From positions 10,222,620 through 10,286,619 of the forward strand of contig CM119263.1 in NCBI GenBank assembly GCA_051294375.1: a stretch of DNA of 64,000 nucleotides, given 5' to 3'. This document shows positions 27,517-53,400 of the stretch, piece after piece. The stretch is from Paraspadella gotoi. Lineage: Eukaryota > Animalia > Chaetognatha. How positions within the stretch are numbered: the first letter of the stretch is position 1; every line of letters begins with the position of its first letter. Made by a program: the position numbers and the translations under genes. The notes beneath the pieces were generated by a model. The model searched no databases. It saw only the letters and a program-made list of their open reading frames with translations, and was not told the DNA's origin.

Positions 27517-27713
27517 GTATTAATGAAGACTNNNNNNNNNNNNNNNNNNNNNNNNNNNNNNNNNNNNNNNNNNNNNNNNNNNNNNNNNNNNNNNNNNNNN
27601 NNNNNNNNNNNNNNNNNNNNNNNNNNNNNNNNNNNNNNNNNNNNNNNNNNNNNNNNNNNNNNNNNNNNNNNNNNNNNNNNNNNNNNNNNNNNNNNNNNNN
27701 NNNNNNNNNNNNN

Positions 27714-27746
<33 letters not shown>

Positions 27747-27979
27747 AAAAAATAAAACTGGGTGGATCACTTTCCCCCTCTAAAGAGAAGGGGAAAACAG
27801 TTTACGAAAGATTGTATCAACAACATAGAAAAACAAAGAAAAGTTTGGAAAAACAAAGACGACGAAGAAAAAACAAAGACACTCACTTTGAAAAATAAAA
27901 ACATTTTGAAGTAAAAAAGGAGAATAACTGGGAAGAATCGTCGATTAAGTTCAAAGGAAATAAATAATAAAGGAAGGGG

Positions 27980-37665
<9,686 letters not shown>

Positions 37666-37668
<3 letters not shown>

Positions 37669-38499
37669 TGGGTATTTTTCCTTTCCTATTTACGAAGAAG
37701 CTGAATTTCATGAAGGATTTTTTTTCTTCTAAAATCACTTTCAGTAAATGAAAGTTTTAATATTCAATTGAATATTCACTGTTGATTTTAAGACCTTCGC
37801 AATATGTTCGAGACCTGTTGATTTTTTTCACTGTTGATTTCGAGACCTTCGCCGTTGTTCTTTGCTTCGTCGCAGCGTCTCTTCGCGATTCGTCGCTGTT
37901 TGTCAGAAGACTTCGTCGCGAAGAAGCGAAAGTTTTCGTGACGGAAGTGAAGAAAAAAAAAATAGAACAAAAAAATTTTGGAACTAAAGAAAATACAGAA
38001 GCTGAAGATTTAACTATAATACCGTACATCACTAGGTTTATTAAAAAGAATTCGTAATTCGTATGTAAAAAAAATCGAAGAAAGGAAACAAAAGAAACAA
38101 TTTAAAGTTCAACAATTAAGAAGAGAAGACTAAACTTTTAAAATCGAAACTCGAAAAAAGAAGAAAAAACAAAAAAGAAGTGAAATATTTTTTCTCTGGA
38201 AAAAAAAACTTGATTCGAGAGTTTTGGTTTTGGACAAAGAGGAAGATCTCACGCAGAGGTAGAGAGAAGAGAGAGAGAGAGAGAAGAGAGGAGAGAGAGA
38301 GAGAGAGAGAGGAGAGTAGAGAAAGGATAGAGAGAGAGAAGAGAGAGAGAGGAAATGCTAAAAATTAAAGGATGAAAACGAAAGGAAAAAAAACGGAAAA
38401 ATCCTCGTATTTATTAAGCAGTAAAAAAAACTTTTTTAAAACAATACTTTTTATAAATAAAATACAAGCTGAGATAGAAAAGGGAGAGAGAGAGTAGAT

Positions 38500-38532
<33 letters not shown>

Positions 38533-38612
38533 GAAGAGAGAAGAGAGAGAAGAGAGAGAGAGAGAGATAGAAGAGAGAGAGAGAAGTAGAGGAGAGAGAG
38601 AGGAGGATTTTT
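37666..38612. repeat. Segment of about 0.95 kb present in both orientations
   Basis: Forward here and (partly) at 44999-45537; reverse complement at 32569-33102 and 43267-44051. Confidence 0.9.
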
Positions 38613-40602
<1,990 letters not shown>

Positions 40603-40982
40603 GCGGTGCTGGGGCGGCCCGCGCGGGTGGCTCCGCGGGGCGGCCCGCGGGCGGCCCCGAGGGGCAGGCAAATCCTTACCGGTCCTAGGGGCGCCCCCTG
40701 TAGCCTCTTTTTTGGAGCCCCAAGGGGCCACCCAGGGGGAATTCCCCAGGGCTAGAAAAACTTTGCCCCCTGGGGCTACCCCCAGGGGGATGGATTTTCC
40801 TGCCTTGAACGGCTCTCTCTCCCTCCTATCTTCTCTCTCCCTCTACTCTCTCTTTCTCTTCCTCTCTCTCTCTCTCTTTCTCTATCTATTTCTATTTTCA
40901 TCTTCATTATAATTAAAATATAAAAATAAAATAATATTTTTCACTTCAATTAATCAACAAGAACCAATAGCGTACCAATACC

Positions 40983-41440
40983 ACTTGCATAATTTGGTCG
41001 CCTTGCATAATTAGTCATTATTGACATAATTTGGTCAACTGACATTATAATTTGTCAACTGATATAATTTAATCAACTTTTAAATTTGGCAAACTTTTAT
41101 AATTTGGATAAACTTTCATATATTTGGTAATTTTTTTATATTTAGTTACTTGCTTAATTTGGTACCCTCATAATTGGCTTAACTTTATAATTTGGTAAAC
41201 TGTTAATAATTTGGTAACTTTCATAATTTGGTAACTTTTATATTTGGTAACTTTCTAATTTAATCAATTATGCCATAATTAAATCAACTCGCCATTAATT
41301 TGGTCAACTTGCATAATTTTGGTCAATTTCATAGATTTGTCATATTGGCATATTTAAATTGGTCAACTTGCATAATTTGGTCAACTTAGTATTTGGAACA
41401 ACTTGGATAATTGTGTCAATTAATTGAATTGTGGTCAACA
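40983..41440 (-). repeat. Minisatellite of about 18 bp (TTGACCAAATTATGCAAG family)
   Basis: Repeated cataatttggtcaactt units. Forward copies at about 47995-48440, 49250-49545 and 52920-53380. Confidence 0.85.
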
Positions 41441-43155
41441 ATCAACTTAACAATTAGCTAATTAATAATTTATCCGATACAAATAAAAAACGAATGAGAA
41501 ATAGGAGTGCAAAAATTTTTTAATAATGTTCAAGTAAAAGTAACTTTTGTTTTTCCATTAAACTCATTTCATTTTCTACCCACACACAAAATTTTATCTT
41601 AATACATTTATAGAATAAAGAGTTAGGATGGTTTTAATTTTTTATTCACTTATAAAAATAATTAATTAAAAAATATTTAATTGATTAATTAATTAATATC
41701 AGTCTTTAAGTCCATCCCATATTAGCATTAAACTCAATATATTCGTGATTATAGATGGATTGAATAAAATTTTGTTGGGGTAGAAAAGTATGTGTTGAGC
41801 TAGATATAAAAGTTTGCTCACTCCTCCCCCAATCGTCAGCCTTCTACTTAACAATGTGAGTCAATCTTAAGCAATCTACAAACCTGACGATTATTAATTA
41901 CAAATCCTAATAAAATAAAATTATTTTACGATGAGAACTCGTTTATGTTGATGAATAGTATTTTATTGTTTTTTTTTAGGGTGCTCCATAATTCACTAAG
42001 TAGGTCTGTCAGTCACGGCCATTAATTTGTTTGGTGATTTATTTAATTTCCCTTTTAAACATCAAATTATGAATATTTTTAAAAAATTATGTCTCTCTAT
42101 CGTCTATCAGTATTCCATCCAACAAAAAAAAGAGAAAAAATTTAAAAAAAGAAAGATAAATAAGGATAAAAAAAGAAGACAAAATGACTGATTAGCTTTT
42201 TACCACTAAATTTTGTGGCTACTCTTCATTGTTTGCTAAACTATGTTTCTATAATCTTTTAACTGAATAAAATAATTGGTTAAAAATACAAATATATAAT
42301 TTTAGATAAAATATGAAATAAATGAGTTAACAATAATTTGAAAAATATGTATATTAATTCAGTTAAAATAAAACAGTTTGAAAGAGAGAGAGAAAAAAAA
42401 GATCTATAGAGAGAGAAAACCAGAGAGAGAGAAAAAAAAGAAAGAGTGGAATGAGAAAAAGAGAGAGAGAAAAAGAGAGAGAGAAAAAGAGAGAGAGAAA
42501 AAGAAAAAGGGGAAGAGAAAGAGAGAGTAACAACAGGGAGAAATATTCTCAGATATAATAACATAGTCAGAAGTATATTTTCTCATCTAAACTTTGCTCT
42601 CGCTTTAACTCGCCCTGGGGAGCAGTTTTTGCTCCCCAAGGGGTTACCCCCAGGCAACTTTTTTTTGCCCCAGGGGGCTAAGCATTAGGGGCGCCCTAAT
42701 AGACCCAAAATGTTGGCCCAGGGGGAACCCCCTGGGGCGGCCCCTGAGGCAATCCAGAGGGCGCCCCCTCAAGACCATTTTGCTGTCCCCTGAATAGTCT
42801 GCCCCCTGGGCCGCCCCTAAGCCGCCCCGCGGGCGGAGGATTTGGAGATGACATATCTCGTGATGACCAAGAAAACGATCTGACCGACTATAGATAAAAA
42901 GATTTAAAGAAGAACGAAGTGACTTAATTTGTGATTTGTTAATCGATCACGTTGGTGTTAAAGAGAGGTGACGATTGATGACAACGCCGTCGACAATGAC
43001 AACGCCTACGATGATGACAACGCCGACGATGATGACGTGAAAATTGGTTGTCAACAATTTATTCCGACCGTGACACTCCGCAAGGAGGGAAGTCAAAAGG
43101 TCAAGGTTTAGTCTTCACGAGTAAATTGTAGAAATACTAATCTTCATTTTTTATT

Positions 43156-43229
<74 letters not shown>

Positions 43230-44492
43230 TCTCTCTCTCTCTCTCGTCTTCCTTTTCTTCTCGTGGATTCTCATTTTTAAAAAAGTATTGTTTCTTAAAA
43301 AAGTTTTTTTTACTGCTTAATAAAATACAGAGGGATTTTCCGTTTTTTCCTTTCGTTTCATCCTTAATCTTTAGCAATTCCTCTCTCTCTCTGTCTCTCT
43401 CTCTCTCTCTCATCTTCTCTCTCTCTCTTCTTCTCTCTCTCTCTCTCTCTTCCTCTCTCTACCTTCTGCGTGAGATCTTCCTCTTGCTCCAAAACCAAAC
43501 TCTCGAATCCAGTTTTTTTCCAGAGAAAAAATATTTCACCTTCTTTTTGTTTTTTTCTTCTTTTTTTTCGATTTTCGATTTTAACAAGTTTATTTCTTCT
43601 TCTTAATTTTGAACTTTATTGTTTCTTTTGTTTCCTTTCTTCGATTTTTTTTACCATACGAATACGAATTCTTTTTAAATAAACCTATGTGATGTAACGG
43701 TATTTTAGTTAAATCTTCAGGCTTCTGTATTTTCTCTAGTTCAAAATTTTTTGTCTATTTTTTTTTCTTCACTTCCGTCACGAAAACTTTCGCTTCTTCG
43801 CGACGAAGTCTTCTGAAAAACCAGCGACGATCGCGAAGAGACGCTGCGACGAAGCAAAGACACGGCGAAGGTCTCTGAATCAACCAGTGAAAAAAATCAA
43901 CAGTTTCTCTGAACATAATGCGAAGGTCTTAAATCAACAGTAAATAATTCAATTGAAATTTTAAAACTTTCATTTACTGAAGTGATTTTAGAAGAAAAAA
44001 AATCTCATGAATTCAGCTTTCTTTCGTAAATAGGAAAGGAAAATACCCAAACGCGTCCGATGAGAGCGAGAGATACTTTCTGAGGCTCGGGCCTTTCGAG
44101 TCTTGTTAAGGCTGGTCGTCGTCGTCTTCGTCGTCGTTTCTTTCTCGTCGTCCTCCTGGTCGTCGCTCCCCCATCGTCGCCGCGGCCGTCGTCGTTTCGC
44201 TCGTCGTCAGTTTCGTCGTCGATTTCGTCGTCGCCGTCGCCTTCGTAGTCTTTTCTTTGAAATCGTCGCGCATATCGTCGTTCTCCCAGGCATCATTTCG
44301 ATTCTCCAACTTTTGGTTTTCTCTTGATTGTATCTTCGTCGTCGTCGTCGTCGTCGTCGTCGTCCTACACTGACCCTCCACTCAAATGTCGACCTTCTGG
44401 TTTCACGATGGTTGCGTGTTTTGCCTCGAATCGGAAGGACTAAAAATCGTCAAAGAGAGAGAGAGAAGAGAGAGAGGAGAGAGAGAGACATG

Positions 44493-44525
<33 letters not shown>

Positions 44526-44746
44526 TGAATTCTTTATATAAGCGAAACAAGTGCGGAATAATCGAGGTTGTCGTTGTAGTTGTGACGACGATGACAACGA
44601 CGACGATGATGAAGTTACTTTGGTATTGTTGTCATCGTCATCGGCGTTGATAAAATTTCGGTCGTACATTCGATCGTACATTCGGCCCGCCCACGAGCCG
44701 CCTTTAGCTTCTTTGTTGTTTCAGGTGACGCAATTTCGCCGCGCGG

Positions 44747-44830
<84 letters not shown>

Positions 44831-44940
44831 TCAATCTTTCTTTCTTTCAATCTTTCTTTCTTTCTTTCTTTTTTCATTTTTGGAACTCCTGGGGTTGATC
44901 TCTCTTTCTCACTCTGGCAAATATTACAATCTTCAAAAGT

Positions 44941-44973
<33 letters not shown>

Positions 44974-45446
44974 NNNNNNNNNNNNNNNNNNNNNNNNNTC
45001 GAAGAGAAGGAAACAAAAGAAACAATTTTAAAGTTCAACAATTAGCAAGAAGAACTAACTTGTTTAAAATCGAAAGCTCGAAAAAAGAAAGAAAAAACAA
45101 AAAGAAGCGTAATATTTTTTTCTCGGGAAAAAAAACTTGTTATCGAGAAGTTTGGTTTTGGAGCCCAAAGGGAAGATCTTCACGCAGAACGGTAGAGGAG
45201 AGAGAGAGAGAAGAGGACGAGACGAGATGAGACGAGAGAGAGAGAGAGAGAGAGAGAGGATCGAGAGAGATGAGAGAGGATCGAGATGAGAGAGGAGAGA
45301 GAGAGGAAATTGCTAAAGATTTAAGGATGAAAACGAAAGGAAAAAAAACGGAAAAATCCCTCTGTATTTTATTAAGCAGTAAAAAAACTTTTTATAAAAC
45401 AAATACTTTTTTAAAAATGAAAATCACAAGCTGAGAATAAGAAAAG

Positions 45447-45490
<44 letters not shown>

Positions 45491-46003
45491 GAGAGGAGAG
45501 AGGAGAGATAGAGATGAGAGAAGAGAGAGGAGATTTCCGCGTCCGATGAGAGCGAGAGATACTTTCTTGAGGCTCGGGCCTTTCGAGTCTTGTTGAAGGC
45601 TGGTCTCGTCGTCTTCGTCGTCGTTCTTTCTCGTCGTCCTCCTGGGCGTCGCTCCCCCATCGTCGCGCGGCCGTTCGGTCGTTTCGCTCGTCGTCAGTTT
45701 CGTCGTCGATTTCGTCGTCGCCGTCAGCCTTCGTAGTGCTTTTCTTTGAAATTCGTCGCGCATTATCGTCGTTCTCCCAGGCATCAATTTCGATTCTCCA
45801 ACTTTTGGTTTTTCTCTTTGATTGTATCTTCGTCGTGCGTCGTCGTCGTCGTCGTCGTCCTACACTGACCCTCCACTCAAATGTCGACCTTCTGGTTTCA
45901 CGATGTTGCGTTTTTGCTCGAACGACAAAGGACTAAAATCGTCAAAGAGAGAGAGGAGAAGAGAGAGAGGAGAGAGAGAGACATGGAGAGAAGAGAGAGG
46001 AGA

Positions 46004-46034
<31 letters not shown>

Positions 46035-46276
46035 GATGAATTCTTTATATAGCCGAAAACAAGTGCGGAAATATCGAGTTGTCGTTGCTTTAGTTTGTGA
46101 CGACGTGACAACGACGACGATGAGGGAAGTGACTTTTTGGTATTGTTGTTCTCGTCATCGGCGTTGATAAAATTTCGGCGTCGCTACATTCGATCGTAAT
46201 TCGGCCGCCCACCGAGCGCTTTAGCTTTTTGTTGTTCAGGTGACGCAATTTCGCCGCGCGGTCTTTCTTTCTTCTG

Positions 46277-46321
<45 letters not shown>

Positions 46322-46450
46322 TTTTCTTTCTTTCTTTCATCTTTCTTTCTTTCAATCTTTCTTTCTTTTCTTTCTTTTTTCATTTTTGGAATCCTGGGTT
46401 GATCTCTCTTTCTCACTCTGGCACAAATATTTACATCTTCAAAATTTATC

Positions 46451-46513
<63 letters not shown>

Positions 46514-46531
46514 TTCTCCTCTGTCTCTCTT

Positions 46532-46566
<35 letters not shown>

Positions 46567-47578
46567 TGTCTCTCTCTCTCTCTCTCACTAACTTCTTTAA
46601 TCGACTGCTGGGTAATCGCTTAGGTCTTTTTTCACCGTCGTCGTCACTTAGGATTTTCTTACCCTATTTCACAATTCGTTACCATATATGTAGTCATTCT
46701 TCACAAGTTTACAGTATACAGTATACAGTATACGACATAAGCAATCAGAAGATATTTGTTTAATTACTGTTTAAAGTACGAAAATTGCTAGTCTGCTAAT
46801 TTTACTACTACATTAAACTAAATTTAAAAAGGATTACCAAATATATTTGTAACACAATGGGATATTAATGTAGCCTTCTGAAAATAGTAGGAACATCCCC
46901 ACAACCAAAAAATACTTTTTATTTTACTAGTACATTTTTATACATGTGTAAAAGTCATTCCCAAAACGATCTTGAACATCCTTCTTCAAAATTTCTTGTG
47001 CCGTGTCCATCGGAACTCCCCGCGATGCGGGCCTCTCTCTCAAGTCGTAAGATGCAGCTGTCGAAGTCCGGCTGCCTCTTCATAAATCAATTTTTTTGTC
47101 AGTCAATCTGTGTGTCCGTCCGTTTCTCTTTGTCTATCTCTAGGTATATTCCGGGCACTGTTTCTACGTTCATGTATATGGACCGTAATTTCGTTTGTCT
47201 GTTTATCTATTTTATCTCTTTTATCTGATTATTTCTGTGTCAGTACATCTGTCTGTCTAAATGTCCATCTCTCCCATTCCAGCCTTTTTCATCCCTCTTT
47301 TTCGAATCGTCGTCGACCGGCCTCGATCCCGGGTCCCCCCAGGGAATTCCAACACTCAAATCGGAACCTCCTTTCGATCAAGCGCTCTCTATCGCGAGTC
47401 CGTCAAGGGGTAAGCGGTGTCTTCTTCGCCCGAGCGCCTCTCTCGGCCCCGGGTCGCGACGATGGATTATTAATGACCTCCGTTCGAGTGACAATAAAGT
47501 TAATTACGACGATTACGGTCGAGGCGAAGGGTCGGTTCGACGACGACGACGACGACGACGACGACTGTGATGACCAAG

Positions 47579-50383
47579 TATGTCATCCTTCAGAATCGCT
47601 TCCCCCGGGGGCAAGAGAGGAGATCAATCACATACTTTTCTACCACAACAAAATTTTATGTCACAATCCATCTATTGAATCACGAATATATTTGAGTTTA
47701 AATGCTAATTCATGGGATGGACTTAAAGACTGATATTAATTAATTAATCAATTAAATATTTTTAATTAATTATTTTTATAAGTGAATTAAAAAATTAAAA
47801 CCATCCTACTCTTTATTCTATAAAATTATTAAGATAAAATTTTGTGTGTGGGTAAAAATGAAAGTGAGTTTTAATGGAAAAACAAAGTTACTTTTACTTT
47901 GAACATTATTAAAAAATTTTTTGCACTATTTCTCCCTTCGTTTTTTATTTGTATCGGATAAAATTATTAATTAGCTAATTGTTAAGTTGGATTGTTGACC
48001 AAATTAATTAATTTGACCAATTATCCAAGTTGTCCAAATTATCTAAGTGTACCAAATTATGCAAGTGACCAATTTATATGCCAATTGACAAATCTATGAA
48101 ATTGACCAAATTATGCGAAGTTGACCAATTATGCGAGTTGATTTAATTATGCAAATTGATTAAATTATGAAAGTTACCAAATATGAAAGTTACCAAATTA
48201 TGAAAGTTACCAAATTATTAAAGTTTACCAAATTATAAAAGTTAGCCAATTATGAGGTTACCAAATTAAGCAAGTTAACTAAATTATAAAAAATTTACCA
48301 AATTATGAAAGTTTACCAAATTATAAAAGTTTACACAAATTTAAAAGTTGATTAATTATATCAGTTGACCAAATTATATGTCAGTTACCAAATTATGTCA
48401 TGACTAAATTATGCAAGGCGACCAAATTATGCAAGTGGTATTGTACAGCTATTGGTTCATTGTTGATTAATTGAAGTGAAAAAATTCATTTTATTAGTCG
48501 GATCTGCTTATCACAGATCCCGACTCTATAACTCACTTTTCGGTCCGTCGTCCGCCTCAATATGGTCGGGACACACATTATCATCATGTTCAGAACATCG
48601 AATTATGATAAATTATGGCAAAAAATAGTCCGCCGTCACACCGTCGTCTGTCCGTCCGTCGTTCCGTCCGTCCCACCTTAGTCAAACCAACTGTCCAATT
48701 ACCCGGATTGGATGGATGGATTTTGGTATGAAATTTGTGTGTGGGTAGGAAACTGTGTGATTGAGATGGATATGAAGTTTCGAGGGAATCGTGCGAGTGG
48801 AAATTTGGTTTAAATGGAAAAAACAAAAAATATATTTTCACTATTTGAAAACCCAAATTGCTCATGAGTGGATAGTGAATTGATGAAATTTTGTATGATG
48901 GTAGGAACAAAGTGTTGTGAAAATTGAGGGGCCGGATATAAAGTTTCGATGGATCATGCGAGTGGAAATGAGTAAAATCGGACAAAACAAAAGTTACATA
49001 TTTACTTGAAGTATTTTTAACTTAATTTACTCAAATTATTTTGTTTAATTAAAAAATTGGATAGATAAATCGAACCTTGAATTTTGTGTGTTGGTAGGAA
49101 AGTATGTGATAAAGCTGGATAAAATTTTTTTGATGGAAATCGTGGAGTGGAAAAGCAGTTCAAATTAAGAAAAACCAAAAGACACATTTATTTGAATTTT
49201 TTAAAGTTTCTCTCTCTCTCTCTCTGATGATTGATTGATTGACCGAAATATGCTAATGACCCAAATTATGGCCAGTTGACGCAAAATCTGCAGTATAATC
49301 AAGTTTTGGCCAAAGTGACCAAATTCTGCTGTTGACCAATAGCTAGTTGAATAAAATTATGGCAGTTAACCAAATTATGCCGGTTGAACCAAATTATCTT
49401 AATTGATTCAAATTATGTCAGTTGACGCAATTATGTCAGTTGACGGCAAATTATGTCAGTAGACCAAATTATGTCAGTTAACGCAAGTTATGTCAGTTGA
49501 CCAAATTATGGCAAAGTTGATTAAATTATGGGGCAGAGTTGACCAAGATAGCTTATTCCATTAATTATCGATGACTGGCATTTTGTATTGAGTAGAAAAG
49601 TGTGTGATTGAACAGGAAACCAAGTTTCGATGGAATCTTCTTGAGTGGAAAATGAGTTAAATGGAAAACAAAAACCTGTTTCACTAAATTGATTATGCTT
49701 CTTTTTTCCTTTTATATAAATGTATATGCAGGATGTATTAAATAAGTCAAATAATTAATCAGTTATTAACAATTAGTAGTCAATTATTAATTCAATAATT
49801 AATTAATCAGTCAATATCCGTCCATCTCCCACCTTAGCAAAAAGCTCCAATAACTCGTAGATTGGCTGGTTGGATTGAAATGAATTTGTGTGTGGGTAGG
49901 AAAGTGTGTGATAAGCTGGATATAAAGTTTCGACGGAATCGTGTGAGTGGAAATGAGTTTAAGTGGAAAAAACATAAGTCGCATTTTTACTAAAATCTTT
50001 TTACTTATTTTAACCAATAAGTACTCTAATAATCATAATTGGATGGATAGATTTTGAGTCAAATTTTTGTGTGGGTAGAAAAATGTGTATCGAATGCTTG
50101 ATATAAAGTTTCGGTGGAAACGTACGAGTGGAAATGAGTTAAATGAAAAAATATGAGTCCCATTTACTTGAATCTTTACTTATTTTAACCTATAATAGAT
50201 TGAAGATGAAATTTTGTGAGCGGTAGGAAAGTGTGTGAAAAAAGCTAGATATAAAGTTTTGACGGAATTGTGCCAGTGGAAATGAGTTAAATAAAAAAAA
50301 AAAAAGTCACATTAACTTGAAGCACGAAAAATGAAACAAGTTAAAAAAATCCTAAAAGCATAAGGATCGATCGCAATTGGCAA

Positions 50384-50454
<71 letters not shown>

Positions 50455-53400
50455 CAGTAAAAGACATAAGGATGTCGTACGCAATTCAAAGAGAGAGAGA
50501 GAGAGAGAGAGAAGAGAAGAGAGAGAAGAGAAAGATAGAAAGAAGAGAGTCCGAGATAAAAATTAGCGAATAAAAAAGTTTTTATTTTACTCACTGAAAA
50601 AATACTTAAAATACTTACAAAATACAAAAAATTGATAATTATTATTCCGATAACATGTTTAATCACATGCAATATATCTAGTAAGGCCTAATTCAGTAAA
50701 GGCGGGCCAAAAATTGAACACTTTTTAATATAAAACTTCTAGTTCTAAATTTTTTTTTCTTTTACTACTAATCGATTTTCAATATAACTTTTGAATTAGT
50801 TCATTGGGTTGTTGCACTGAAGCTTTTAAATATTTATTAATATATAATAATATAGTAAGTATTGAACGGAATGTGCCAGGCGGAAATGAGTTTAGATGGA
50901 AAAGACATAAAGTCACATTTACTTGAATCTTAATATTACTAATAAATGTTTAATTAATTAATGTTAAATTAATTAATTAATGTGAAAAATGATGGCAAAG
51001 TTAAAAAAATCTGAAAAGCATAAAGATCGTCGGGCAATGGCAGAAAGAGAGAGAGAGAAGAGAGAGAGAGAGTGAGAGACAGAGCAGAGAGAGTGAGTGA
51101 GAGAGCAGAGAGACGAAGGAGACATAAAATAAAAATAGAGGATATTTGTTTGTTTTGATAAAATGTAAAACAAAACATATTTTAATAACTTCCTAAACGT
51201 CCAATTTTAAGGACATCGATGATGATAAAGTTGAATATAAATTTAAAATTATTATTACATATTAAATAATTAATCTAATTAATTAATCGACTTAATAATT
51301 AATTAATTAATTATCGTAGGGCCAGATCCGACATTGTTTGGACCAAACTTGTTTTTATATTTATTATAATGAAGATGAAAATAGAAAATAGATAGAGAAG
51401 AGAGAGAGAGAGAGAGGGAGAGAGAAAGAGAGAGTAGAGGGAGAGAGAGATTAGGAGGGAGCAGAGAGCCGTTCCAAGGGGCAGGAAAATCCATCCCCCT
51501 GGGGATAGCCCCAGGGGAGGCAAGAGTTTTTCCTAGCCCCTGGGGGATTCCCCCTGGAGTGGGAACCCCTTGGGGCTCCAAAAAAGAGGCTACAGGGGCC
51601 GCCCCTAGGCGGTAAGGATTGCCTGCCCCTCGGGGCGCCCCGCGGAGCACCCGCGGGCCGCCCCCAGCACCGCCCANNNNNNNNNNNNNNNNNNNNNNNN
51701 NGCGAGTTAAAGAAGAGCAAAGTTGCATGAGAAAATATACTTTTGACCATGTTTTAATTGAGAATATTTCTCCTGTCTGTTACTCTCTTCTATTTCTCTC
51801 TCCCTTTTTCTGTTTCTCTCTTCTTTTCTTCTCTTCTCTTTTTCTCTCTCTCTTTTTCTCTTCACTTCTTTTTTTTTTTTCTCTCTCTCTGTTTTTCTCT
51901 CTCTATAGATCTTTTTTTCTCTCTCTCCTTTCAAAACTTTTTTATTTTAACTGAATTAAATATACATATTTTTCAAATTATTTGTAACTCATTTATTTCA
52001 TATTTTATCGTTAAAAATTATAATTTTTGTATTTTTTAACCAATTATTTATTTCAGTTAAAAGTATAGAAACAAGTTTAGCAAACATGTAAGAGTAGCAC
52101 CACAAATTTAGTGGTCAAAAGCTAATCAGTCATTTGTCTTCTTTTTTTATCTTATTTTTACTCTTTTCTTTTTTTAATTTTTTTCTCTTTTTCGTTGATG
52201 ATCATATCTGATTTTTTTTCTCTTGAGTACGTAGAGAACATAAATTTTTTTAAATAAAAATTATTCATAATTTGATGTGTTAAAAGGAAATTAAATAAAT
52301 ACACAAACAAATTATAGGGCAGTGACTGACAGACCTACTTAGTGAATTATGGAGCCCCCTAAAAAAACAATAAAAACTATTCATCAAAATTAACATGAGT
52401 TCTACATCGTAAAATAAATTTTATTTTTTTAGGATGTAGATTAATTTATCGTCAGTTTGTAGATTGCTTAAGATGAACTCACATTGTTAAGTTAGAGGCC
52501 TGACGATTTGAGAGAGAGGTGAGCAACAAACTTTTATTCTAGCTCTCAATCACTACTTTTCTACCCACACACACAAAATTTTATTTCCAATCCATCTATT
52601 TTAATTCATACATGATTGAGTTTAATGCTAATATCGATGGTGATGGACTTAAAGACTGATGATTAATTAATTAATCAATTAAATATTTTTAATTAATTAT
52701 TTTATAAGTGGAATTAAAAAATTAAAACCATCCTACTCTTTATTCTATAAAATTATTAAGATAAAATTTTGTTGTGGGTAGGAAAAATGAAAGTGAGTTT
52801 TAATGAAAAACAAAGTTACTTTTACTTGAACATTATTAAAAATTTTTTTGCACTATTTCTTCTTCGTTTTTTATTTGTATCGATAAAATTATTAATTAGC
52901 TAATTGTTAAGTTGGATTGTTGACCAAATAATTAATTTGACCAAATTATCCAAGTTGTCCAAATTATCTAAGTTGACAATTATGCAAGTGACCAATTTTA
53001 TGCCAATTGACTAAATCTATGAAATTGACCAAAATTATGCAAGTTGACCAATTATGCGTAGTTGATTTAATTATGAAATTGATTAATTATGAAATACAAT
53101 ATGAATAGTTTACCAAATATGAATATGTTTACCAAATTATTAAAGTTACAAATTATAAAAGTTTAGCATTATGAGGTTAACAAATTAAGCAAGTTAACTA
53201 ATATTATAAAAAAAATATTACCAAATTATGAAAGTTTACCAAATGTTATAAAGTTACAAGAATTTAAACCCAGTTATTATTATATTAGTTGCACTACGAA
53301 ATTTCATCAGTTTTGACCATATTATTACTTAGTTATTCATTGACTAAATTATGCAACGGCGACCAAGATTATGCAGATTGGTATTGTACCAGCTATTGGT

